A stretch of DNA of 63,090 bases, filler included, from Octopus bimaculoides (GCF_001194135.2; 3 parts of 3 records of this genome joined end to end with filler, not necessarily neighbours in it); one strand, 5' to 3'. Counted from the whole stretch's first letter, positions 50,288 through 62,879 are shown. Numbers and translations: made by a program. The notes: generated by a model from the sequence alone, not told the origin.

Positions 50288-51745
50288 GAGGCAGGCTGGC
50301 AGAATAGTCAGCGGCGGTCAAAATGCCCCTCCCCGCCCCAGAACTGCTGGCCTTGAGCCAAAATTTGAAACCAATTTGAAACGAGATCAAATTTCGACGA
50401 GATCGACTGAGCCGTTTTATTTCGTTGGGGTCGATGAAATAAGAACCAGTTAATCACTGGAATCGATGTAATCGTCTTATCCATTTTCATGAATTTAATG
50501 CTGATGATAAAGGAAAAGTCAAGGCGATGGACTGGCAGAATCGTTAGCACGCTGGGCGAAATGCTTAGCTGTTTTTCGTCCTTCTTTACGATCTGAACTG
50601 AAAGTCCGTCTAGGTCGATTTCATCTTTCGTCCTTTCGAGGTAGACACAGTAAGTATAAGTCCTGTACTGACGTCGAAGTAATTGACTCATGTTCTGAGT
50701 TCAAATTCAACCGAGGTCGACTTTACCTATCATCGTTTCGAAGTCGATAAAATAAGTACACATTGTACTATTGGGTAGATGTAATCAATTTACCCCTTTT
50801 CCATGAAATTACTGGCCTTGTGGCAACATTTGAAATCAATATTAAACGAAAACCTATGCCGGTGGGTTGGCAGAATCGTTAGCATTCCGAGAAAAATGCT
50901 TAGCGGCATTTCACCCGTCTACATGCTCTGAGTTCAAATACCGCCGAGCTCGATTATGCCTTTCACTATTTCGGGGTTGATAAAATAATTACCAGTTGAA
51001 CACTTGGGCCAATGTAATCAACTCCCTCTCTCTCCCAAAATTTTTGGCTTTGTGCCAAAATTCGAAACTAATAATAAAGGAAAAGTTGTGGCAGCGAGCT
51101 GACAGATATCGTAACTGCGCCGGAGAAAATGCTCAGAGACATTTCTTCCGACTCTACCGCCTCAATAAAATAAAGTACGAGTGGAACAACGGGTCAATGT
51201 AATCGTTTTACCGTCTGCCCCAAATCTGATAGNNNNNNNNNNNNNNNNNNNNNNNNNNNNNNNNNNNNNNNNNNNNNNNNNNNNNNNNNNNNNNNNNNNN
51301 NNNNNNNNNNNNNNNNNNNNNNNNNNNNNNNNNNNNNNNNNNNNNNNNNNNNNNNNNNNNNNNNNNNNNNNNNNNNNNNNNNNNNNNNNNNNNNNNNNNN
51401 NNNNNNNNACCTTTCATCTTTTCGGAGTTGATAAAAAAGATCACTCGTAGATCACTGGTGTGGATGTAATCGACTTATTCTTTCCATGCAATTGTTAGCC
51501 TTGTGTCAAAATTTAACTAATATTAAACGAAAAGATAAGGCGGTGAGTTGACAGAATCATTAGCATGCCCGGGAAGAATGCTTAGTGGTATTTCGCTCGA
51601 TTTTGTGTTCCGCTGTGGTCGACTTCGCCTTTTATCCTTTCGATATCGATAAAATAAGTACCAGTTGAACAATGGAGTCGGTGAAATCGACTTACTCCCT
51701 TCCTCAAATTGTTGTCCTTGTGCCAAAATTTGAAATCATTATTAC
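50288..51745. mobile_element. Dense cluster of ~7 SINE family B copies or fragments, mostly head-to-tail on +
   Basis: The B core recurs at ~50600, 50700, 50935, 51410 and 51615, plus a deleted copy at ~51090-51200; one opposite-strand piece lies at ~50335-50450. Confidence 0.8.
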
Positions 51746-52849
51746 ACAAAAAAGTACGATTGCGTACCAACTCCTCCATAAATTGTAAAATCATCTGTGA
51801 TGTATGCACATACTGAAGCAGTCACATATTCTTAAAATTCTTAAAATTCTTAAAACCGAAGCCAGTTAACTATATGCAAATTCTTTTCACTTCAACACTT
51901 TCCAGCTTAAAATCTTGATATCGTTACCACCACTAGAATAAAGCATTGGACTATAATGTGTAATATTTATGCCTATTATATTATCATGCGTCAATTTTTG
52001 AAAATCTGGAATTTTATGTCAACACAAGATGAAACTTTAAACTACTGACTTTTATTTCCAAATTTTGGCTTGTGATACTACGAAAATTGATTTTAGCTTA
52101 ACGCACAATAGTTATCATTGATGTTCCTAAAGCATTATATTGTATACCTTTGAAGTGTTCCTGCAAAGTTTGGAGCATTTTACAATCCAACAAAAGAACA
52201 TACAGACCAAAAACTGCTGTTACAACGAATACAAACCTGGCATTCATGTGGTTATATTAGAGTGAGCATTTGGCAGAGTCAATACAGTAGTGTTTATTTT
52301 TGCTCTTCTTTTAGTTCTGAGTTGAAATTATGCCCAAGTTAGCTTTCCTTTCATACTTACGCAATCGATAAATAAGTACCAATCCGTGAAGGTTAACTGA
52401 CGAAAACTATAGAGTATGACAGGATGTCATGTGATGTTTGCGTTCTAATTCCGAATCACCTTGTGGTGAGTATATGTGGTAGACTTAATGATTTGTTGCA
52501 TAACAATTCCAATACGTTGAGAGAATTGCTTTCGGGTTCCATTCGGGCCAGGTTCTAATTTATTACTCTTTCCCTCTTTTCCAGTCTTCGATTGCCAGTA
52601 AACCGTGAATACTACGGGCCTTTTATAAAAACGGCATATACTTCTCACATCAACTAGCATTTGATCGCATGTAACCTAAGTTGAGTCACTCACCCACACA
52701 CACACACAAGCATACATACACACGCTGTCTACAATAATCTAGAAAAAGTGGCTCAGGACGCCACAAACAAGCGTACTCATAATAGTTCTTAGGAGATTCA
52801 GTATTACACAGAATGCTACCTGGCTAGACATTTGAATTATATATACAAC

Positions 52850-52983
52850 TCATTTTTGCCAGCTTAATGGATTGGAGCAACGTGAGATAATGCGTGTTAC
52901 TCAATGACACAATGCACCATCGGTTGTCGAACTCATGACCTTACGATCTTGAGCCGAATTCTCAAACCACCAAACCGCGTGCC
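52850..52983 (-). mobile_element. SINE family C (degenerate)
   Basis: ggagcaacgtgagataa...gtcgaactcatgaccttacgatcttgagccgaattctcaaaccac matches the minus-strand head seen at 16130-16245. Confidence 0.65.
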
Positions 52984-53377
52984 TGTACCATGGATTCATA
53001 TAGAAAGTGGATAATTTAAGTTGTCTTATGAAGACAACTAAATATATTTAGTAGGTAAATTGGCATTTAATTAAATTATATTTTATGCTTGGAAGGACAT
53101 TATCTAACACAATTATTTTGCTCTCATGAGACACATTTTGCCAATATATCAAATGATACCGTTATTGAAGGTATCTATTCAAATCAATCCAGTATATACC
53201 GGATTCGAATTGCTTTATTTTTATTAGTTACAAAAATCGATATTTATGCGTGATGAAAAAGATCAAATGTATGAAATATTTATTGCGGTTAATTATTTTA
53301 ATTTTGATTAATACAATGAAATTAAAAAGGAAATGACGTTAAGAGTAAAACTGTTGAAAAAGGTCAATGACTCTAAG

Positions 53378-53530
53378 TATTGGTTTCAAATTTAAGCACA
53401 AGACCAGCCAATTTAGAGAAGGGATTAATCCGAAATCAGAATTTAACTATTACTTATTTCATTGAGCCAGAAAGGATAAAAAGTAAAGTCGATCTCGCGC
53501 GGAATTTGAACTCAGAGCTGAAAATAAAAC
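53378..53530 (-). mobile_element. SINE family B (degenerate)
   Basis: gaaaggataaaaagtaaagtcgatctcgcgcggaatttgaactcagag. Confidence 0.65.
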
Positions 53531-53583
53531 TAAATATCCTAAGAAATATAACCTCCAACACGAACCAATGTATTTTAGCAGTT

Positions 53584-53631
<48 letters not shown>

Positions 53632-53667
53632 ACAATAATAATGAATCAGAAATAATGATTAACACAT

Positions 53668-54518
53668 AGGCAACTGGAAAGCAGTATAACCTGATGGTGT
53701 ACAGGGATTTGGGATTAAAAAAACGTTCAGTAGGTGTTATAAATTGAACGGAGAGTAATTTAATGTATTGGTTGATGGAGAAGAAATCCTCGGTTGGTTG
53801 ACAAATTGACAAACGGACGAACAGTGTTGACAAATGGATGAAGGATGCATCAAAAGCAATTGCTGCCAACAATTACAGGCCAGTTACTTGCCTTCCATTA
53901 ATGTGGAAGTTACTGCCAGGAAGAATTGCAGAAGAACCTTACAAGTTTCTTGATGAGAACGATTAGTTACTGACAGAACAAAAAGGTTGTAGGAAGAGAT
54001 GCACATGTAGCAAAGATCGACAAAATGGCAATGCAAAATTATAAACGAAAGAAAACAAATTTTGGAATGGAATGGATTGACTATCGTAAAGCTTATGACA
54101 TGATTCTAAATTCGTGGATCGACGAGTGCTTAGATTTGTTTGATATTGTGGGGAATGTAACGTATTTTCTGAAGAGACGTCTGGAAAACTGAGACGGTTG
54201 GAAATCTGAGACGATATCCTACGCACAAAGCTTGGGCACCCTGGGCATCAGAAGCAGGATTTTCCAAGGTGATAACTTATCTCTGTTGCTTTGACTAGTA
54301 TTTCGGAAAATGTACCTGGAATATCAACTAAAGTTAAAATTTCAAACACTCAACTAGCTAAAGGGAAAATCTCAAACACTCAGTCACTCAACTTGGAACT
54401 GCAAGAATTCTTCACAGGATTCTTGAAGCGAGACCAGTACACAAGTGTTAGTCTGTTGGCTGTGGACAGATGACCTTTTCCATCATACACAGCAAACTAA
54501 GTTGAGTTTTCGTCAACT

Positions 54519-54520
<2 letters not shown>
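53668..54520 (+). pseudogene. R4/Dong-clade LINE 1: RT fragment plus 3' end
   Basis: NWKA..PDGVQGF; NYRPVTCLPLMWKLL; EQKGCRK; WIDYRKAYDM; RIFQGDNLS; then LGTARILHRIL and a 3'UTR ending in (TAA)n at 54521-54593. Confidence 0.85.
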
Positions 54521-54594
<74 letters not shown>

Positions 54595-54595
54595 G

Positions 54596-54730
54596 TCAAG
54601 ATCGAGGTGATTAAGCAGACAGCATTGTTGGGTACAGCTAGCATTCTAAGTAGAGTATTGTCGCTTTGAGTCACAGAAAAAGACACTACTTGAAACCATT
54701 GGTGATTTGTTATTGCCTGCTTTCAGAACA
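54596..54730 (+). pseudogene. R4/Dong-clade LINE 2: 5'-truncated 3' end
   Basis: VKIEVIKQTALLGTASILSRVLSL* is a typical R4/Dong C-terminus; a short UTR and an (AAC)-rich tail follow. Confidence 0.75.
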
Positions 54731-54849
54731 GCAACAACAACAACAACAACAACAGTAGCAGCAGCAACAGCAACAGTAACAACACCAGCAGCAACAAGAA
54801 CAATAAAAACAGCAAAACAACAAAAACAACAACAACAACTATAATAACT

Positions 54850-55657
54850 GAATACAGCTGCAGAAAGAAGGGTTTAAGTATGGCCTGGATACCGAAAGGC
54901 TTTTGCTTATATTACCTATACATGGATCCTAGAAACACTAACCATGTGCAAGATAGCACCAATACTCATAAAATATATAACACATTCCATGGATAAATGG
55001 CACAGTGCTACAGCTCCAAACAAAAGAGAGACTTACAAAAAAAGAAAGCCATCCTCATGAGAAGAGGAATATTCCATTCCTTTTCTATTTGGCTCTCACA
55101 CCTTTATCTGAGATGCTAAACAGAACTGGATGTAGATACAACTGTTACCGCAAAACAATCAGCCACCTCTTATATATGGATGATCTAAAACTGTACGCTA
55201 CAAATGATAAGTAGATGGAAACATTACTACAGACACTACATAGATTTACTAAAGAAATAAAGATGAAATTTGGCTTAGAAAAAATGTGCCAAAGCTACCT
55301 TGTAAAGAGGAAAATTAGTTAAGAGTAGCAACATCACACTAGATAAAGCAAATACAATCAGAGAATTAGACCAAAGCCAGACATATACATATTTCAGAAT
55401 CAGTGAACTGGATACGATACAACACACACAAATGAAAGAGAAAAGTAAAAAAAAGAATACTATAGATGAGGTAGATAAATACTAAAAACAGAACTCAATG
55501 CGAAAAACAAGATAATAGATCAACAGTCTAGCCGTCCCAGTTATACGCTACAACTAAAATATCATTAACTCTACATGAACTAATCAAAATAAACAGGAAA
55601 ATAAGAAAAATAATGACAGGATTTAGGATGCAGCCCCCAAAATCTGACATAGAAAGG

Positions 55658-55697
<40 letters not shown>

Positions 55698-56140
55698 NNN
55701 NNNNNNNNNNNNNNNNNNNNNNNNNNNNNNNNNNNNNNNNNNNNNNNNNNNNNNNNNNNNNNNNNNNNNNNNNNNNNNNNNNNNNNNNNNNNNNNNNNNN
55801 NNNNNNNNNNNNNNNNNNNNNNNNNNNNNNNNNNNNNNNNNNNNNNNNNNNNNNNNNNNNNNNNNNNNNNNNNNNNNNNNNNNNNNNNNNNNNNNNNNNN
55901 NNNNNNNNNNNNNNNNNNNNNNNNNNNNNNNNNNNNNNNNNNNNNNNNNNNNNNNNNNNNNNNNNNNNNNNNNNNNNNNNNNNNNNNNNNNNNNATATAT
56001 ACATACAAATTATTGAAGGCGGCAGAGGCCTTATATAGCTAGAAACATATTACAGCATAACCACCATAGGACTAGAAAATAACATACTTCAGGAGAAAAG
56101 AAAGCTAATACAAATAGTCACAACCACGAACAAAGTGAAA
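54850..56140 (+). pseudogene. R4/Dong-clade LINE 3: RT core and thumb
   Basis: LSMAWI..WILETL; LALTPLSEMLN; ISHLLYMDDLKLYA (YMDD at 55173-55184); MKFGLEKCA; KTELNAKNKI; PKSDIERLY-[TA/N]-IEGGRGLI. Confidence 0.88.
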
Positions 56141-56172
56141 AACTGTTTTCAGTCTTTTTCTTTTTTATCTAC

Positions 56173-56560
56173 AAGATGGCGAGATGGCAGAAACGTAACC
56201 ATGCCGAGCGAAATGCTTTGCAGTATTCCGTCTCTCCTTATGTTCTGAGTTCAAATTCCTCCAGGGTCGACATTGCCTTTTAGGGTCGATCTAATCTAAC
56301 TGGCCCCTTCCTCCAAAATTTCGGTCCTTGTGCCTAGAGTTGAAACGATAAATCCTTTTCTACTGTAGGAAGAAGGCCCGAACTTTTGGGAGAAGAGTCT
56401 AGTCGATTAGATCGACCCCAGTACGCAAGTGGTACTTAATTTGTCGACCCCGAAAGGATGAAAGGCAAATTCTCGGTGGAATTGGAACTCAGAACATAAA
56501 GACAAACTAAATACCGCTAAGCATTTCGCCCGGCGTGCTAACGTTTCTGTCAGCTCACCG
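56173..56560. mobile_element. Tail-to-tail inverted pair of SINE family B
   Basis: A plus copy at ~56173-56348 is followed almost immediately by a minus copy at ~56355-56560. Confidence 0.8.
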
Positions 56561-57509
56561 CAATTTTGATTGTATATATTGAATACATGAACCTGTCTTG
56601 TACAATACTGTAGCTAAATATCTGATCGATGAATATGATAGTAAAAATGTATAATCTCCAATCACAAATACAATAGAGAAAAAAGGTTCGTTAATTAAAA
56701 TAACTCAACCAGGATTCATGGCAATTTTCTCCGGCCATATATTTGATTAACTACAGCATTAGAAACTTTCTCCAAAATAATGAGCGTGATTAAGATGATG
56801 AATGCTCTATTTATGTATCAGCTTTAAGTATAAATTTGTATAAATGTTCAGTGTCTTCTACTCTAATTGCTCATATCTGTTTGTCGATGTGAAATATTAG
56901 TTAATTTACTAATTTACAAGGAATTATCTCTTGTTAAGACTGATAAGCTACGTCTAGACCCCAATTATGAACTCAAATTTTAAAATATCAATATATTGAT
57001 TAACAACTGTTCGCATTTCCTTATTACATTTCGATATGAAAATAGATCTATGTATTGATGGGGAGAAATGCATATCTGGCGAATTTAAATATAATCAACG
57101 GAGAAATATTCATTAAATCATTTAGGGTCATAAAATGACATGTCTATCAAAGAAAAAGATAACTCTGTGAAAGTTTTAATACGAATTGTCTTAAGTGTTA
57201 CTCTTGTTTGGGCAATCAAATTGCATTCAAAGTATTTCCATTTGTATCGTAACACTAGAATGCATTTAGACATTGCTATATCAAATTAACATTACAAAGT
57301 GTAAAACCAAATTAGAAATATTTTTATACTCAAATACAATTAAATTGATTTTCCTCGATCACAGAAATCCACGAACCTATTGTTCTACAATGATGATGCT
57401 AACATCAATGGCATGAGTAATAAGATTTTTGGATAGAAAGCTCTCGTAATCGGCCCTTATTTCTTATAAGTACACCTATATATAGAATTTTAAATCTTTG
57501 TACCTCTAG

Positions 57510-57593
57510 AACATTTTACAATGGTGAAGTTGGTGAAATTGCTACAAGTAACCAGATGTTGTTCGGACTTACAGGTGTGCATCGGTGGTCCAG
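57510..57593 (+). other. Candidate 84-nt symmetric exon inside a ~100-codon stop-free stretch
   Basis: Acceptor tctttgtacctctAG ends at 57509; donor CAG|GTATAA starts at 57594. It reads TFYNGEVGEIATSNQMLFGLTGVHRWS, and a second frame is also open. No family recognised. Confidence 0.25.
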
Positions 57594-60128
57594 GTATAAA
57601 AGCCGGAGTCACAAAAAATGTCTTCAACCAAATGCCCCTATTAAATCAATTCATGCTACTTTTGGAATTGAAAAAGTTTCTGGGAACAGTTTCTGTTATA
57701 CAGATGAAAATAAGTTTAGAAAACTGAAGTGACTCTCTACTTCACATACAGTCGCATCATAATTTAGAATATCCTTCGGCAACTTTGAAATTTCCTTAAC
57801 ATATTTCAGTATACAAGTTTCACAAAACATGAATGCATTGAAATGTAGTAACAGTCATTATGAGGCTTTTATTAGAAACTTAGTTGAAATTCCAGTAAAA
57901 TTCTTTGGAATATAATAGAAAAAATCTTCACTGGTACTCTGGACTGCGATGTAACTCAGACGTTATTCGTGTGCATTCTACGTTAATGTTAAGGCGAAGG
58001 AAAACAAATCTTTAAACTATTTTTCGGAATAATCTCTGAGAGAATTTTTTTTTGCAGCTACACATAAGTCTTTTGTTACAATTTTGAAAGTTGTGGGCCT
58101 TTGTATATTAAGCTGTTGCAGCATCATATTTTAAATCTGGGTGTCGGGGACGGGATTTTGGCATTATTCGTTGGCTCTCTTTTAGGAGGTAAATGTATCT
58201 TTCAATATCAAAATTTGGTGCAATTTCTTCTTGATTTTACAAATGTATGCCACAGGCACGGTGTATAGGCGGAAGCGTGAATGTGTGGCTGAGGTACTTG
58301 TTTCCCAACCATACGATCTTGAGTTGAATCCCGCTGCGCAATACCCTGTACAAATATTTTCTAATACAGGTCCTTTGTCGACGGAACCTGGAGGACAACA
58401 GCTATGTGTATACATACATACGTACATACATGCATACATGCATACATACATACATAGACCCATATAGTGTTTGCGGTTTTCCCCACAAACGCTGTGTTGC
58501 TTTGATAAATTTCATGTAACATACCAGTTCAACAAAAGAAACCGATATAATAAATACTACGGTGTGTTTTAATCGATATATTACAGCATACCTTATGTCT
58601 TCCTTTAACTTACTTGGAAGCTTACCAAAGTCACGAAATATTGTTATTTAATTTGTTTTTTAGAAAGATTGTTGAGTATCCGTTAGGTGCAAAAATTGAG
58701 ATTAATGTTATTTTATGTATGGCAAGTTATATATTTGATTCTTATATCATTGTAATCGATGGCTGCTGCCTCCATCTGTACGCGTGTGTCACTGAGAACT
58801 AACCTAATTTGCTCACTTGCATGAGTCCTAGAGGAAGGGGGGAAGAACTCAGAAAGTCATTGAAACTTGAATATCAGTAGGCTTCATCAGAATGTCCAAA
58901 AATTTGTTTGAGCCTCTAAGTTTTGAAGTCTCTCCGAATGTTCTTAGTTTCCGCGTGTATGTACATGTGTGTATGTGAGCGAGTACGATGTCTCCCACTG
59001 GTAGACATTGTTTTACTCTCCGAAGTGTCTCTTAATCTAATATATACACGCTATTATGTATAGCTTTACTAGCATTCAGATTCAACGTTCCCTGCAAAAT
59101 ATATTTAACTTCCTTTTGAAGCTTATAAAAAGTTTTTGACTTCACTATATAATTATATTCATAAAACCAAGCACAGAAAAAATGCCCTCACGCGCACGCA
59201 CGCGGCTACACACACTTACGCATTCGCTTTATATCTTTTATAAATATGCATCTACGGATGTGTGTAAGAATTTATAGACGTGTATTCGTCTGCGATAGTT
59301 CTAAAAATTATTCAGCGTACTTAATAGGAGTCATTGAATTCATAATGTTTTTTTATTACACTTTTTTTTTTACTGATATTCATGTCGCTAAAAATGATCA
59401 ATCTAAACAGCAAAGAACGTAAGAAGATTATATGATCGATATATAACTTACCTCTGATATCATAGGTGTATCTGAATAGACGTTAATAGTGGTTGAACAA
59501 AACACTCTGTGACCTGTACCACTTCACATTGAAGCTTAACCCTTAAGGAGTATTAATAGATGATTAGCTCGCGTACGTGATTTGAACGATTCATTATCAT
59601 CATTATTTTGAAGTATAAAAATGATGAAATAAAATACTTCACCTCGTTACATGAAACTAATCAGTCTGAAAAATCTAACAATTACTAAATCAAACTTTGA
59701 TGTGTTGTAAAACTGCACTGAAACTTGTGAATTTAATACATAAGCAATGCATTTGCTAGTTTGTTTATCTAAGCGTACCTGCTTTTCTCTTACAATTAGT
59801 TATACACTTTATCTCTTACACACTTACAAAAATGCAAATACAAACCAACGCATGAATTCATGTATCTATGTCTCATTCTATCTTCTTCGCTCTCTCACTG
59901 TCTTTCTCTCTCACCATATATATAACGGTATACCATGAATAAAATTATCCAGGCGGATATCGTGTTAGCATAAAGGTATATTCCAGGTTACGGCTACATA
60001 TGTATATGTATAAAAACTTATTTATGAGGGTAGAAATTGATATTAATCAATTTGAACCAGTGGTCTAGCATATTAAAAAAATCCGAAGATTAAAATTATA
60101 CTTTTGCTGGTCATCCCTCTTATTTTTG

Positions 60129-60180
<52 letters not shown>

Positions 60181-60650
60181 TATNNNNNNNNNNNNNNNNN
60201 NNNNNNNNNNNNNNNNNNNNNNNNNNNNNNNNNNNNNNNNNNNNNNNNNNNNNNNNNNNNNNNNNNNNNNNNNNNNNNNNNNNNNNNNNNNNNNNNNNNN
60301 NNNNNNNNNNNNNNNNNNNNNNNNNNNNNNNNNNNNNNNNNNNNNNNNNNNNNNNNNNNNNNNNNNNNNNNNNNNNNNNNNNNNNNNNNNNNNNNNNNNN
60401 NNNNNNNNNNNNNNNNNNNNNNNNNNNNNNNNNNNNNNNNNNNNNNNNNNNNNNNNNNNNNNNNNNNNNNNNNNNNNNNNNNNNNNNNNNNNNNNNNNNN
60501 NNNNNNNNNNNNNNNNNNNNNNNNNNNNNNNNNNNNNNNNNNNNNNNNNNNNNNNNNNNNNNNNNNNNNNNNNNNNNNNNNNNNNNNNNNNNNNNNNNNN
60601 NNNNNNNNNNNNNNNNNNNNNNNNNNNNNNNNNNNNNNNNNNNNNNNNNN

Positions 60651-60683
<33 letters not shown>

Positions 60684-61597
60684 TATAGATAGTTTGATTT
60701 ACAAGTATATATACAATCATATATACCATACATATATGCATACGAATATGTATATATACATACATATACATACACATATATATGTATATGTATGTATGAG
60801 TTAGTCTATGTATGTATATATTAGGCGCCATTGCAGTATTCGACAGTAACAATCACCGTAACCTCTTGACCCCCTGTAGACTGGCAGTGATCTCTACTTC
60901 TGACGTTACCTTCTTTTGTCTAGTAGCACCTTTTCGGGTGTACGTCTTGTGTCTAGTCCTGGAAATTGCATTGCGAATCGACGGACTACGCTGACGATCC
61001 TGCAGACATTTACTTATGTAAATTTTAACAGGTTAATCATTTTTTCATTTAGTATATTTTTATTTGTCTTGCCCTTTTACAGTCTGTTGTGTCGCTGAAT
61101 TTTTACTGAGAACATATATTCTTTTCGGGGTTAGATGATTCAGCATCTATTTCTAGCATATAGGAGTCCACTTTTGCTGGTCAGTCCTCTTATTTTTGTA
61201 TATATATATGTATATATGTATGTGTGCATGTGTTTATATATATATATATATNNNNNNNNNNNNNNNNNNNNNNNNNNNNNNNNNNNNNNNNNNNNNNNNN
61301 NNNNNNNNNNNNNNNNNNNNNNNNNNNNNNNNNNNNNNNNNNNNNNNNNNNNNNNNNNNNNNNNNNNNNNNNNNNNNNNNNNNNNNNNNNNNNNNNNNNN
61401 NNNNNNNNNNNNNNNNNNNNNNNNNNNNNNNNNNNNNNNNNNNNNNNNNNNNNNNNNNNNNNNNNNNNNNNNNNNNNNNNNNNNNNNNNNNNNNNNNNNN
61501 NNNNNNNNNNNNNNNNNNNNNNNNNNNNNNNNNNNNNNNNNNNNNNNNNNNNNNNNNNNNNNNNNNTATATATATGTATATATGTATGTGTGCATGT

Positions 61598-61633
<36 letters not shown>

Positions 61634-62777
61634 TTACGACGAGCAATTTGAAGTTTCTCTCTACTAATGCACTTGTATTAGATGAGTTACAGTAGCATAG
61701 AAAATAAGTGCAGTATCCAATGTGCTCTTCAGTCGCCTAACCTACTTTTTAAACTATCGAAAATAGTTCTGCATCAATCATTGTCTTGTTTACAAAGTTT
61801 TCAATATATAAATTAACATAATTATTGTAATAGAAGTAATTGGTTGCATGAAGATTTATTATAAAATATTTCACTTTTCTGGAAAAGTAAGTGAACTTTT
61901 AAAATTAATAATGACTCTTGCATATCCAAATTTTTAAGTATTTTTTCTTTAACTTAGAATTTTTTATTTTAAAAGTCCTTACGTAAAATTCTGAATGTTC
62001 GAAAGTTTTATAACCCTTTTACGCTAATTGATTAGGATACTGAAGAAAGTATAATTCTAAGTAATGGTATTTATTAGAAACTAAATTATTTTAAAGCTCT
62101 GTCGTTATAAACAGAAATATCTTATTACAATTAAGAACAAACGTTTATCATTTTTTTGTACTGAATTAAAGTAAAACAATTTGTTCCTCAAGTTTTAGAG
62201 TTAAATTGCATTAATTAAAAATAAGTGAATATTAAATAACATTAAGCAAATAAAAATATCTAATCAATAATTTAATATCGTATAAGATATTTTTAATTTG
62301 CAATACTTGCAACATGTAGCAGAAAGAAACGTACTTAATGCAATGTGTTTAAATGGATAAAGTACTTTCAAAGGTATTTGTTCATAGTAATTTGATCTAC
62401 ATTAACGTGGAGTATTTCAATTAATTAAAAGTTGGAACATTATGAGGAGCATATCTATGCATTTGAAATATAGTAAGTTAAAGAAATTAAACGACTTGTA
62501 TCCTCTCTAAACCTTGGACACTGGTTTTACGTTTCCTTTTATGAAAGAAAAGTATAAGTGCATGTGTTTATTGACTACATATTTATTTCTTAATATTTAC
62601 TTTGAATACTTTACCGTAAGTACATTATGGGAGATCCATCTTTCCTCCATTTCATTTTTTATTTTTATCTTCCCATTTTTACCTTCATTATATTGGTCGG
62701 TTTCTTTATAAGATATATGATTGTTGATATTAAACACCAATAAAGAGATATGAGTCAATATTCGTTTTTATTTTAAT

Positions 62778-62879
62778 TATTATTTAACATATATCTAATA
62801 TAATTATGCACTATTATTTAGCATATATCTAATATAAGTATGCACCATTATTTAGCATATATCTAACATAAATATGCAC
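62778..62879. repeat. 34-bp minisatellite, 3 copies
   Basis: Units at 62778-62811, 62812-62845 and 62846-62879; consensus tattatttagcatatatctaatataa(t/g/a)tatgcac. Confidence 0.9.

Noticed and set aside
50288-51745. CRISPR-like array of regularly spaced repeats
   Set aside because: Units are diverged ~200-bp SINE copies in eukaryotic DNA; there are no constant repeats with unique spacers and no cas genes.
52585-52670. Exon after a strong acceptor
   Set aside because: All three frames hit stops before the GTAACC donor.
58855-58897. Minus-strand CATT-CTGATGA...TC-AATG hammerhead
   Set aside because: Helix I and the core box fit, but GAAA is absent (GATA), helix II is only 2 bp and helix III mismatches.
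60955-61010. Permuted hammerhead (GAAA..ATC..CTGACGA)
   Set aside because: Helix I does not pair, and the helix II candidates (TCCTG twice) are direct rather than inverted repeats.
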